Of a DNA stretch of 64,000 bases, positions 12,652-24,619 are shown piece by piece. Origin of the DNA: Eledone cirrhosa (taxonomy: Eukaryota); contig OZ024759.1 in NCBI GenBank assembly GCA_964016885.1, forward strand, positions 30,008,001 to 30,072,000, read 5' to 3'. Under the pieces are notes generated by a model. That model had not been told where the DNA came from and did not search any database. It saw nothing but the letters and a program-made list of their open reading frames with translations. Both the position numbers and the translations under genes were made by a program. How positions within the stretch are numbered: the stretch's first letter is position 1; each line of letters begins with the position of its first letter.

Positions 12652-12839
12652 CGGTGGATTGGCAGTATCGGTAGAGGGTCGGACGCCATGCTTTCCAGCA
12701 TAGTTACGTCCCTTTACGATCTGAGTTCAAATCCCGCCGAGGTTGACTTTGCCTTTCATCCTTACGGGGTCGATAAAATAAAGTACCAGTAATGCACTGG
12801 TGAATTTGCTGGCCTTGTGCCGAAAGTACAAACAATTAT
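12652..12839 (+). mobile_element. Full-length SINE family A copy
   Basis: Near-identical to 63063-63242. Confidence 0.9.
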
Positions 12840-12926
12840 ATATATATATATATATATATATAGTTTGTAAACTTAATGAAATTTGTCACCTCGTCCATAT
12901 TATTTATTATATATATATGTATATAT

Positions 12927-12958
<32 letters not shown>

Positions 12959-12979
12959 TATATATATATATATATATAT

Positions 12980-13085
12980 ATTAAAATAACAGATTAAAGT
13001 TTAAGCAAAGAATCGCTGCTTTCACTTTTAACGGGATCTTCTGAAACTTTGGATTTTAGTCTTCAAATTTATTATTATTACTATA
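12980..13085 (+). mobile_element. Collapsed copy of the fold-back family at 48255-48746
   Basis: Left arm ATTAAAATAACAGATTAAAG...GAATCGCTGCTTTCAC joined to tail CTTTGGATTTTAGTCTTCAAATTTATT; TA flanks. Confidence 0.75.
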
Positions 13086-13096
13086 TATATATATAT

Positions 13097-13150
13097 ATAT
13101 TGTTATACTTTGGGAAGGTCATGTTGCTAAATAAATTCAGAAACGATATA
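13097..13150 (+). mobile_element. Collapsed copy of the fold-back family at 36199-36710
   Basis: TGTTATACTTTGGGAAGGTCATGTTGC fused at TTGC to tail TAAATAAATTCAGAAACG. Confidence 0.7.
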
Positions 13151-13408
13151 TAAGTATATATATATATATATAGTGTATATATAAGTATAAATAATATTAT
13201 ATATTATATATATATATATATACACAGATTAGATATAGATATACATATAACACATACTTGTATATAAACATATACATATACATATACATATATAAACACA
13301 TACACACATACACACACACACACAGACACACACACACAGACACACACACACACGCAGACAAACACACAGAGACACACATACATACACACAGAAACACACA
13401 TACACACA

Positions 13409-13467
<59 letters not shown>

Positions 13468-13599
13468 CATTGTTGTTCAGACAATATCTGTAGAAAGGAA
13501 TCCCAAAGAAACGCCGTCTAGCCTTGTTATTGTCTGAGATGCAAAAGTCTTTTCAATCTGTCATGGCGTATTCTTATTTTCTCATTTGTGTGGGACTGT

Positions 13600-14128
13600 C
13601 TGTGTGTATGTGTGTGTGTATCTGAGTGCGTATGTATGTATGTATGTATGTATGTATGTATGTATGTATGTATGTATGTATGTATCTGAGTGCGTATGTA
13701 TGTATGTATGTATGTATGTATGTATGTATGTATGTATGTATGTATGTATGTATGTGTGTGTGTGTATCTGAGTGCGTATGTATGTATGTATGTATGTATG
13801 TATGTATGTATGTATGTGTGTGTGTGTGTGTGTGTATCTGAGTGGGTATGTATGTATGTATGTGTGTGTGTGTGTATCTGAGTGCGTATGTATGTATGTA
13901 TGTATGTATGTATGTGCGTGTGTGTGTATCTGAGTGCGTATGTATGTGTGTATGTATGTATGTATGTATGTATGTATGTATGTATGTATGTATGTATGTA
14001 TGTATGTATGTGTGTGTGTGTATCTGAGTGCGTATGTATGTATGTATGTATGTATGTATGTATGTATGTATGTATGTATGTATCTGAGTGCGTATGTATG
14101 TATGTATGTATGTATGTATGTGTGTATG
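13600..14128. repeat. (TATG)n microsatellite with periodic TATCTGAGTGCG interruptions
   Basis: Same interrupted array recurs at 18841-19323 and 24025-24210. Confidence 0.95.
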
Positions 14129-14624
14129 AAAAAAAAAAAAAAAACTCAAAATAACAAAACACACACACACACACACACACACAACAGAACAACAACATCA
14201 ACTGCCACCACCACCACCACCGCCACCGCCGTCGCCATCACCATCACCAGCGACCTGGCCTTAAGAACAACTTTAATAATAATTTTTCTGCTTTTGGCAC
14301 GGATCCAGCGACTGGCCAGCGCATCACTGGTACTCTCTTTTGTTGACTCCGTGGAGAGCCATAACTCTATGCTGTAAAGCAATTATAGTAATACTGGACT
14401 GTAATACGATCGGCTTCAACTATACAAACTCTTGAAAGTCAACAGTTGACATAATCTGGTAATCTTGTATCAGTAATGACGGTAATATATATATATATAT
14501 GTGTGTGTGTGCGTGTAAGTGAGTAGAGTAGCGTGTGTGTGTGTTTGTTGTGTGTGTGAGTGTTGCTGTGTGCACGCATATGTATGCGTGTGTGTGTATG
14601 TCGTACGTATAAGTGTCAATAAGT

Positions 14625-14657
<33 letters not shown>

Positions 14658-14659
<2 letters not shown>

Positions 14660-14960
14660 GCGGGGACATAGAAATAATCGGGCTGGATGCCCGATCGCGC
14701 AGTTAAACCACTGGGAGTGAAGAACCCCTAGCCCATGTCAGGGTATTCTTCTAGGAGAAGGCATCTCAGGAAACTGGGTTAACTCCGATATAAAACCTGC
14801 GGCTCAGTAGTTACCGATGATGTTGATCTTTTCTTCTTTTCGGGTTATAGCTACTGTCGCTCAGAGAGTGGGATTGGTTCAGTGCACAGTCTTTCCTCAC
14901 TTTAAAAATATTCGTCACGCACAGGCATTGCACGAGTGCATTAATAATTATTAATAGTGT

Positions 14961-14995
<35 letters not shown>

Positions 14996-15022
14996 TATTA
15001 TTACTTTTTTTTTTTTTTTTCT

Positions 15023-15054
<32 letters not shown>

Positions 15055-18000
15055 CCAATTCAATGATGTTCCAGAACAATGTAAACGAGATAATTGCCAA
15101 TTTGGGTTCTGGAACAAAAAAGATCATTGGCAATAAGGGCAGGGGCCCCAAGTTATCACAACCTGGGCCCGCCCGTCATCGTGCCATTGTAATAGAGCCA
15201 AACAGGGCATTTAGTCTTGGCTGCTGGAACGTACGGACGCTGCTTGACGGGGATTCTTTGGAGCGTCCTGAACGAAGGACCGCTCTTGTTGCGAAGGAGC
15301 TTCGACGTTACGATCTTGACATCGTGGCTTTGTCTGAGACGAGGTTAGCTGGAGATGGTCATCTTACGGAATTTTGTGGAGAATATACATTCTTCTGGAA
15401 AGGAAGAGATGAAGGAACCAGAAGAGAGGCTGGGGTAGGATTTGCTGTTAAGACTGTACTGGTGAATAAATTGGAAGAATTCCCAGTGGGGATTAGTGAG
15501 CGTCTTATGTCCATGAGAGTTCCGCTGGACAAGGGAAGATATGCTACCCTGGTGAGTGTGTATGCTCCAACTATGAATTCTGTCGATGAAGAAAAACTGT
15601 CCTTTTACCATGCCTTGAAAGGTGTTTTAAGAAATATCCCTCAGGCAGACAAAGTCATCGTGCTTGGTGACTTTAATGCTAGAGTGGGTAGGGATTTTAA
15701 CACATGGAATGTAATCGGAAGGCATGGGGTGGGAAAGTGTAACAGCAATGGTATGCTCTTGCTGCAGATGTGTGAGGAGCTGGATCTGTGTGTTACCAAC
15801 ACCATGTTCCAACAAAAGAACAAATTCAAGACCACATGGATGCATCCTGCATCTAAGGAATGGCATCTTTTGGACTACGTCCTAGTCAGGATGCGTGACA
15901 GACAGGATGTGCGGTGTGTTCGTGTTCTTCGTGGAGCTGAGTGCTGGACGGACCACCGCCTGGTACGCGCAAAAGTGAATCTAATCACCAAACGTAAAAT
16001 CCGGGCTCCTGGTGTTGCCCTGCCCAAAAGATTGAATGCTGCTCGTCTTAAGGATAAAAATGTGAAGAGGACATTGGAAGAAGAGATGCAGGCTGCAGAT
16101 CTTGGTGAGGATTGGCCGACCCTTAAAAAGTCGGTTTATGATGTAGGCAGACGTGTTCTGGGATTGGTGCAGAGAAAACATCAGGACTGGTTTAATGAGA
16201 AAGATGTGCATATAGATGACTTGTTGGCTGATAAGAGGCGCGCTCTGTCACGCTACTTGACGGCAAGACCACAGGAGAGGAATACGTTGCATGAGGAGCT
16301 CAGGGATGTAAAATCACGTGTTAGGCGGAGTCTTTCTCAGATGAAGGATCAGTGGTGGAGTGAGAAGGCTGGTGAGATACAAACTGCGTCTGATTGCAAT
16401 AACACAAAGCTGTTGTACAGTCTCTTGCGTGAGGTTTATGGACCGTCTTCTTCTCTGGTGACACCGATTCGCAGCAGGGATGGCAAAGAACTTCTTCGTG
16501 ACTCACAGGGAATTCTACGAAGGTGGCGGTAGCACTTTGATGATCTTTTGAATCAGCCGTCTGTCGTCAGTGAAGATTTCCTCAATCTCATTCCGGAAAG
16601 TCCTGTGAAAGTAGCTCTCGCAGAGCCTCCGACACTTGTGGAGGTTGCAGTGGCTATTTCGAAGCTGAACAGTGGAAGATCTCCAGGTATGGATGGCATA
16701 CATGCTGAGCTCCTACAATATGGTGGTGAGAGACTCCTGCAACATCTTCACTCTCTGTTTGGAAGGATATGGGCTAATGAATCCGTGCCTGAGGACTGGA
16801 GAGATGCAGTAATGGTGGTCTTGTACAAGGGAAAGGGTAACAGGAATGATTGTGGGAACTACAGAGGTATATCATTGCTTTCTGTCGTGGGGAAAGTTTT
16901 ATGTAGGGTGCTTCTGGACCGTCTGCTGACACACATTGCAGATTGTGTCCTTCCTGAAAGTCAATCTGGTTTTCGTGTTGGACGCGGCACTACTGATATG
17001 ATCTTCTCAGCTAGACAGCTCCAGGAGAAGTGCATTGAACAGGGCTTGGATCTGTATCAGGTTTTTGTCGATCTGACAAAGGCTTTCGATACTGTCAACA
17101 GAGATGCATTATGGAAGGTTCTCCAGAAACTTGGTTGCCCTGATAAGTTCCTTGCTTTAGTTAGGTCTTTCCATGACGACATGAAGGCTTGGGTTAATGT
17201 CGGAGGTAACATGTCGGAGCCTATCTCAGTAAAAAATGGAGTGAAACAGGGGGATATTCCAGCACCGACCCTGTTTGCCATATACTTTGCAATGGTTTTC
17301 TGTATTGCATTCAGGAATTGCGAGCATGGTGTTTACATCCGATATCGAACCTCAGACAGCATATTTAACATCAGGCGCTTTGCTGCGAAGACAAAAGTAT
17401 TTACATCAGTCATAAGAGACCTCTTGTATGCAGATGATTGCGATCTTGTAGCGCACACAGAGAGTGATATGCAGCACATTTTGAATGTATTTTCTGACGC
17501 TTGCACTGCCCTGGGTTTGACTGTCAGTCTCAAGAAAACCGTCGTCATGTACCAACCTGCACCTGGTAGGCAGTACACTGAACCAAACATCTATGTGTAT
17601 GGCAAACGACTTGGAGTGGTTGATCAGTTTGTCTACCTGGGAAGCACTGTCAATCGATACGGCAACCTTGACGGTGAAATCTCACTTAGGATTAGGAAAG
17701 CAAGTGATGCTTTCGGAAAGCTAGAAAGGCGACTCTGGGGTCGGCGAGACATATGCAGGAGGACAAAGGTAAAGGTGTACAGGGCATGTGTACTCTCTTG
17801 TCTTCTTTATGCCTGCGAGACCTGGGTCACATATCGACGCCACCTTAAGCAATTGGAGCGTTTCCATCAGATGTGTCTCAGACGGATACATGGCGTTCGC
17901 TGGAGGGACCACATCAGTGATGTCGAGATTTTGGAAAGCTCTATGTGTGACAGTATAGAAGCTCTTGTGCTTAAGCAGCGACTCCGTTGGAGTGGTCACC

Positions 18001-18616
18001 TTGCCAGGATGAAGGATTCTAGAATACCAAAACAACTCTTCTATGGAGAGTTGGTTAAAGGAAAACGACCGCCACATAAACCAAAAAAGAGGTATAAGGA
18101 TTCCTTGAAGGCCTCTCTGAAAGACGCTAACATCTCTGCTGATACATGGGAAAATATTGCTGCTGATCGTAATAAATGGAGAAAGACTGTATATGAGGGA
18201 AAAGTTGCCTTTGAGGCATCTCGAATCGCACACGAGAAAGTAAAGCGGGACGTGAGGAAGGGTATTGCTGTTGCACTTCCAGACGGCGAGGGTCCTCCTA
18301 TGTTTCTGGCATGCGGCGTCTGTGCGAGACTCTGCCTAAGCAAAGCTGGACTCGAAAGTCATCTTCGCAGTCATAAAGTAAGACCAGTGGTTGACTACCA
18401 GGCTGCTGTTGGAGATGCTACTCATCATGCTTGCCAAACATGTGGTAGAGAATGTAAATCAGCAGGAGGACTCAAGCGACATGCAAAAGTACACGAACTC
18501 CAACCACAGCCGACTATTCCCAGTAAATGTTTTGGTTGCCGACTCTGTGCAAGACATTTTGGATCATTGGCTGGGCTAAAAAGCCACATTCGATCGCAGC
18601 ACTGTTAGTTGCTATC

Positions 18617-18654
<38 letters not shown>

Positions 18655-18733
18655 GCTTATGTGCGTGCGTGTGTGTGTATATATATATGAATATGTATAT
18701 TATTATTGTTGTTGTCGTTATTATTATTATTGC

Positions 18734-18779
<46 letters not shown>

Positions 18780-18840
18780 TTTTTTTTTTTTTTTTTTATT
18801 GTGCAATGGCCATACTCGATAACGAGGGGGCAGCCATCAT
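14658..18840 (+). mobile_element. Full-length RTE-clade LINE, copy 1 (ORF interrupted by one stop)
   Basis: Structured leader, single APE-RT ORF, 3' end CGATAACGAGGGGGCAGCCATCAT; near-identical to 19589-24024. Confidence 0.95.
15063..18608 (+). pseudogene. RTE LINE endonuclease-reverse transcriptase with premature TAG at 16530-16532
   Basis: TGG CGG TAG CAC here versus TGG CGA GAG CAC in copy 2; otherwise colinear with the 1181-aa ORF. Confidence 0.93.
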
Positions 18841-19323
18841 GTGTGTATGTATGTATGTATGTGTGTGTGTGTATCTGAGTGCGTATGTATGTGTGTATGT
18901 ATGTATGTATGTATGTGTGTGTGTGTGTGTGTGTATCTGAGTGGGTATGTATGTATGTATGTGTGTGTGTGTGTATCTGAGTGCGTATGTATGTATGTAT
19001 GTATGTATGTATGTGCGTGTGTGTGTATCTGAGTGCGTATGTATGTGTGTATGTATGTATGTATGTATGTATGTATGTATGTATGTATGTATGTATGTGT
19101 GTGTGTGTATCTGAGTGCGTATGTATGTATGTATGTATGTATGTATGTATGTATGTATGTATGTATGTGTGTGTGTATCTGAGTGCGTATGTATGTATGT
19201 ATGTATGTATGTATGTATGTATGTATGTATGTATGTATGTATGTATGTATGTATGTGCGTGTGTGTGTATCTGAGTGCGTATGTATGTATGTATGTATGT
19301 ATGTATGTATGTATGTATGTATG
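18841..19323. repeat. Interrupted (TATG)n array between the two LINE copies
   Basis: Shares the diagnostic TATCTGAGTGGG variant with 13600-14128. Confidence 0.9.
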
Positions 19324-19556
19324 TACTGGACTGTAATACGATCGGCTTCAACTATACAAACTCTTGAAAGTCAACAGTTGACATAATCTGGTAATCTTGT
19401 ATCAGTAATGACGGTAATATATATATATATATGTGTGTGTGTGCGTGTAAGTGAGTAGAGTAGCGTGTGTGTGTGTTTGTTGTGTGTGTGAGTGTTGCTG
19501 TGTGCACGCATATGTATGCGTGTGTGTGTATGTCGTACGTATAAGTGTCAATAAGT

Positions 19557-19588
<32 letters not shown>

Positions 19589-19590
<2 letters not shown>

Positions 19591-19889
19591 GCGGGGACAT
19601 AGAAATAATCGGGCTGGATGCCCGATCGCGCAGTTAAACCACTGGGAGTGAAGAACCCCTAGCCCATGTCAGGGTATTCTTCTAGGAGAAGGCATCTCAG
19701 GAAACTGGGTTAACTCCGATATAAAACCTGCGGCTCAGTAGTTACCGATGATGTTGATCTTTTCTTCTTTTCGGGTTATAGCTACTGTCGCTCAGAGAGT
19801 GGGATTGGTTCAGTGCACAGTCTTTCCTCACTTTAAAAATATTCGTCACGCACAGGCATTGCACGAGTGCATTAATAATTATTAATAGT

Positions 19890-19926
<37 letters not shown>

Positions 19927-22900
19927 TATTATTACTTTTTTTTTTTTTTTTTTTTTTTTTTCCAATTCAATGATGTTCCAGAACAATGTAAACGAGATAA
20001 TTGCCAATTTGGGTTCTGGAACAAAAAAGATCATTGGCAATAAGGGCAGGGGCCCCAAGTTATCACAACCTGGGCCCGCCAGTCATCGTGCCATTGTAAT
20101 AGAGCCAAACAGGGCATTTAGTCTTGGCTGCTGGAACGTACGGACGCTGCTTGACAGGGATTCTTTGGAGCGTCCTGAACGAAGGACCGCTCTTGTTGCG
20201 AAGGAGCTTCGACGTTACGATCTTGACATCGTGGCTTTGTCTGAGACGAGGTTAGCTGGAGATGGTCATCTTACGGAATTTTGTGGAGAATATACATTCT
20301 TCTGGAAAGGAAGAGATGAAGGAACCAGAAGAGAGGCTGGGGTAGGATTTGCTGTTAAGACTGTACTGGTGAATAAATTAGAAGAATTCCCAGTGGGGAT
20401 TAGTGAGCGTCTTATGTCCATGAGAGTTCCGCTGGACAAGGGAAGATATGCTACCCTGGTGAGTGTGTATGCTCCAACTATGAATTCTGTCGATGAAGAA
20501 AAACTGTCCTTTTACCATGCCTTGAAAGGTGTTTTAAGAAATATCCCTCAGGCAGACAAAGTCATCGTGCTTGGTGACTTTAATGCTAGAGTGGGTAGGG
20601 ATTTTAACACATGGAATGTAATCGGAAGGCATGGGGTGGGAAAGTGTAACAGCAATGGTATGCTCTTGCTGCAGATGTGTGAGGAGCTGGATCTGTGTGT
20701 TACCAACACCATGTTCCAACAAAAGAACAAATTCAAGACCACATGGATGCATCCTGCATCTAAGGAATGGCATCTTTTGGACTACGTCCTAGTCAGGATG
20801 CGTGACAGACAGGATGTGCAGTGTGTTCGTGTTCTTCGTGGAGCTGAGTGCTGGACGGACCACCGCCTGGTACGCGCAAAAGTGAATCTAATCACCAAAC
20901 GTAAAATCCGGGCTCCTGGTGTTACCCTGCCCAAAAGATTGAATGCTGCTCGTCTTAAGGATAAAAATGTGAAGAGGACATTGGAAGAAGAGATGCAGGC
21001 TGCAGATCTTGGTGAGGATTGGCCGACCCTTAAAAAGTCGGTTTATGATGTAGGCAGACGTGTTCTGGGATTGGTGCAGAGAAAACATCAGGACTGGTTT
21101 AATGAGAAAGATGTGCATATAGATGACTTGTTGGCTGATAAGAGGCGCGCTCTGTCACGCTACTTGACGGCAAAACCACAGGAGAGGAATACGTTGCATG
21201 AGGAGCTCAGGGATGTAAAATCACGTGTTAGGCGGAGTCTTTCTCAGATGAAGGATCAGTGGTGGAGTGAGAAGGCTGGTGAGATACAAACTGCGTCTGA
21301 TTGCAATAACACAAAGCTGTTGTACAGTCTCTTGCGTGAGGTTTATGGACCGTCTTCTTCTCTGGTGACACCGATTCGCAGCAAGGATGGCAAAGAACTT
21401 CTTCGTGACTCACAGGGAATTCTACGAAGGTGGCGAGAGCACTTTGATGATCTTTTGAATCAGCCGTCTGTCGTCAGTGAAGATTTCCTCAATCTCATTC
21501 CGGAAAGTCCTGTGAAAGTAGCTCTCGCAGAACCTCCGACACTTGTGGAGGTTGCAGTGGCTATTTCGAAGCTGAACAGTGGAAGATCTCCAGGTATGGA
21601 TGGCATACATGCTGAGCTCCTACAATATGGTGGTGAGAGACTCCTGCAACATCTTCACTCTCTGTTTGGAAGGATATGGGCTAATGAATCCGTGCCTGAG
21701 GACTGGAGAGATGCAGTAATGGTGGTCTTGTACAAGGGAAAGGGTAACAGGAATGATTGTGGGAACTACAGAGGTATATCATTGCTTTCTGTCGTGGGGA
21801 AAGTTTTATGTAGGGTGCTTCTGGACCGTCTGCTGACACACATTGCAGATTGTGTCCTTCCTGAAAGTCAATCTGGTTTTCGTGTTGGACGCGGCACTAC
21901 TGATATGATCTTCTCAGCTAGACAGCTCCAGGAGAAGTGCATTGAACAGGGCTTGGATCTGTATCAGGTTTTTGTCGATCTGACAAAGGCTTTCGATACT
22001 GTCAACAGAGATGCATTATGGAAGGTTCTCCAGAAACTTGGTTGCCCTGATAAGTTCCTTGCTTTAGTTAGGTCTTTCCATGACGACATGAAGGCTTGGG
22101 TTAATGTCGGAGGTAACATGTCGGAGCCTATCTCAGTAAAAAATGGAGTGAAGCAGGGGGATATTCCAGCACCGACCCTGTTTGCCATATACTTTGCAAT
22201 GGTTTTCTGTATTGCATTCAGGAATTGCGAGCATGGTGTTTACATCCGATATCGAACCTCAGGCAGCATATTTAACATCAGGCGCTTTGCTGCGAAGACA
22301 AAAGTATTTACATCAGTCATAAGAGACCTCTTGTATGCAGATGATTGCGATCTTGTAGCGCACACAGAGAGTGATATGCAGCACATTTTGAATGTATTTT
22401 CTGACGCTTGCACTGCCCTGGGTTTGACTGTCAGTCTCAAGAAAACCGTCGTCATGTACCAACCTGCACCTGGTGGGCAGTACACTGAACCAAACATCTA
22501 TGTGTATGGCAAACGACTTGGAGTGGTTGATCAGTTTGTCTACCTGGGAAGCACTGTCAATCGATACGGCAACCTTGACAGTGAAATCTCACTTAGGATT
22601 AGGAAAGCAAGTGATGCTTTCGGAAAGCTAGAAAGGCGACTCTGGGGTCGGCGAGACATATGCAGGAGGACAAAGGTAAAGGTGTACAGGGCATGTGTAC
22701 TCTCTTGTCTTCTTTATGCCTGCGAGACCTGGGTCACATATCGACGCCACCTTAAGCAATTGGAGCGTTTCCATCAGATGTGTCTCAGACGGATACATGG
22801 CGTTCACTGGAGGGACCACATCAGTGATGTCGAGATTTTGGAAAGCTCTATGTGTGACAGTATAGAAGCTCTTGTGCTTAAGCAGCGACTCCGTTGGAGT

Positions 22901-23636
22901 GGTCACCTTGCCAGGATGAAGGATTCTAGAATACCAAAACAACTCTTCTATGGAGAGTTGGTTAAAGGAAAACGACCGCCACATAAACCAAAAAAGAGGT
23001 ATAAGGATTCCTTGAAGGCCTCTCTGAAAGACGCTAACATCTCTGCTGATACATGGGAAAATATTGCTGCTGATCGTAATAAATGGAGAAAGACTGTATA
23101 TGAGGGAAAAGTTGCCTTTGAGGCATCTCGAATCGCACACGAGAAAGTAAAGCGGGACGTGAGGAAGGGTATTGCTGTTGCACTTCCAGACGGCGAGGGT
23201 CCTCCTATGTTTCTGACATGCAGCGTCTGTGCGAGACTCTGCCTAAGCAAAGCTGGACTCGAAAGTCATCTTCGCAGTCATAAAGTAAGACCAGTGGTTG
23301 ACTACCAGGCTGCTGTTGGAGATGCTACTCATCATGCTTGCCAAACATGTGGTAGAGAATGTAAATCAGCAGGAGGACTCAAGCGACATGCAAAAGTACA
23401 CGAACTCCAACCACAGCCGACTATTCCCAGTAAATGTTTTGGTTGCCGACTCTGTGCAAGACATTTTAGATCATTGGCTGGGCTAAAAAGCCACATTCGA
23501 TCGCAGCACTGTTAGTTGCTATCGTGTGTTTGTGTGTGTGTGTGTGTGTGTAGATATGCTTATGTGCGTGCGTGTGTGTGTATATATATATGAATATGTA
23601 TATTATTATTGTTGTTGTCGTTATTATTATTATTGC

Positions 23637-23685
<49 letters not shown>

Positions 23686-23807
23686 GTTATTAATGTATGT
23701 GTGTATATATGTGTGAGTGTATGTGTATGTATGTGTGTGTGTATATATGTATGTATGTGTATGTATGTGTGTGTGTATATATACGTGTATGTATATATAT
23801 ATGTATA

Positions 23808-23840
<33 letters not shown>

Positions 23841-23881
23841 CTTTTCCCTTTTTTTTTTTTTTTTTTTTTTTTTTATTTATT

Positions 23882-23935
<54 letters not shown>

Positions 23936-24024
23936 TTTTTATTTATTTTTATTTTTTATTTTTTTTTTTTTTTTATTTTTTATTGTGCAATGGCCATACT
24001 CGATAACGAGGGGGCAGCCATCAT
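19589..24024 (+). mobile_element. Full-length RTE-clade LINE, copy 2 (intact ORF)
   Basis: Same ends as copy 1; 3' UTR microsatellites expanded. Confidence 0.95.
19970..23515 (+). CDS. RTE-clade LINE polyprotein: APE endonuclease + reverse transcriptase + three C2H2 zinc fingers (1181 aa)
   Basis: APE motifs WNVRTL, LSETR, GDFNA, LDYVL, TDH; RT motifs YRGISLL, QSGFR, FVDLTKAFD, GVKQGD, LYADD, YLG; three CxxC...HxxxH fingers at the C-terminus. Confidence 0.97.
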   Translation: MMFQNNVNEIIANLGSGTKKIIGNKGRGPKLSQPGPASHRAIVIEPNRAFSLGCWNVRTLLDRDSLERPERRTALVAKELRRYDLDIVALSETRLAGDGHLTEFCGEYTFFWKGRDEGTRREAGVGFAVKTVLVNKLEEFPVGISERLMSMRVPLDKGRYATLVSVYAPTMNSVDEEKLSFYHALKGVLRNIPQADKVIVLGDFNARVGRDFNTWNVIGRHGVGKCNSNGMLLLQMCEELDLCVTNTMFQQKNKFKTTWMHPASKEWHLLDYVLVRMRDRQDVQCVRVLRGAECWTDHRLVRAKVNLITKRKIRAPGVTLPKRLNAARLKDKNVKRTLEEEMQAADLGEDWPTLKKSVYDVGRRVLGLVQRKHQDWFNEKDVHIDDLLADKRRALSRYLTAKPQERNTLHEELRDVKSRVRRSLSQMKDQWWSEKAGEIQTASDCNNTKLLYSLLREVYGPSSSLVTPIRSKDGKELLRDSQGILRRWREHFDDLLNQPSVVSEDFLNLIPESPVKVALAEPPTLVEVAVAISKLNSGRSPGMDGIHAELLQYGGERLLQHLHSLFGRIWANESVPEDWRDAVMVVLYKGKGNRNDCGNYRGISLLSVVGKVLCRVLLDRLLTHIADCVLPESQSGFRVGRGTTDMIFSARQLQEKCIEQGLDLYQVFVDLTKAFDTVNRDALWKVLQKLGCPDKFLALVRSFHDDMKAWVNVGGNMSEPISVKNGVKQGDIPAPTLFAIYFAMVFCIAFRNCEHGVYIRYRTSGSIFNIRRFAAKTKVFTSVIRDLLYADDCDLVAHTESDMQHILNVFSDACTALGLTVSLKKTVVMYQPAPGGQYTEPNIYVYGKRLGVVDQFVYLGSTVNRYGNLDSEISLRIRKASDAFGKLERRLWGRRDICRRTKVKVYRACVLSCLLYACETWVTYRRHLKQLERFHQMCLRRIHGVHWRDHISDVEILESSMCDSIEALVLKQRLRWSGHLARMKDSRIPKQLFYGELVKGKRPPHKPKKRYKDSLKASLKDANISADTWENIAADRNKWRKTVYEGKVAFEASRIAHEKVKRDVRKGIAVALPDGEGPPMFLTCSVCARLCLSKAGLESHLRSHKVRPVVDYQAAVGDATHHACQTCGRECKSAGGLKRHAKVHELQPQPTIPSKCFGCRLCARHFRSLAGLKSHIRSQHC

Positions 24025-24590
24025 GTATGTATGTATGTATGTGTGTGTGTGTATCTGAGTGCGTATGTATGTATGTATGTATGCATGTGTGTGTGTATCT
24101 GAGTGCGTATGTATGTATGTATGTATGTATGTATGTATGTATGTATGTGCGTGTGTGTGTATCTGAGTGCGTATGTATGTATTTATGTGTGTGTGTGTGT
24201 ATCTGAGTGTGCATGTGTGTATGTGTGTATGTATCTGTGTGTGTATGTGTGTATGTATCTGTGTGTGCCTGTGCGCATGTGTATCTGAGTCTGTGTGTTT
24301 GACTGTGCATGCGTGTGTATATGTTTGTGTGTGTGTCTGTGTGTGAATGTATCTGTGTGTTTGTGTCTGTGTATGTGTGCCCGTGTGTCTGAGCCTCTCT
24401 TTGTCTGTGCATGCGTGTATGCGTGTGTATGAGTGTGTGTATGTGCTTTTACCTGTGTTTCTATGTTCGCCTGTGTCTGTGTGCGTGTGTGTCTCTGTGT
24501 CTGGGATCGTGTCGATGTATGCGTGTATGTGTGTGTGTTTGTGTATGTCTGTGTATGAGCATGTCTGTATGTATGTGTGCGTATGTGTCT
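24025..24590. repeat. (TATG)n/(TG)n degenerate microsatellite
   Basis: Direct reading. Confidence 0.9.
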
Positions 24591-24619
24591 GTTATTGACT
24601 AGGCTCTGTCCTTCATAAA

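Noticed and set aside
14776-14880. Twister ribozyme suggested by TAACTCCG in the LINE leader
   Set aside because: Could not find the conserved P4 loop and second pseudoknot by eye; kept only as an unassigned structured RNA
15345-23486. Antisense and alternative-frame ORFs within the LINEs
   Set aside because: Shadow ORFs of the RT frame; duplicated only because the LINE is duplicated
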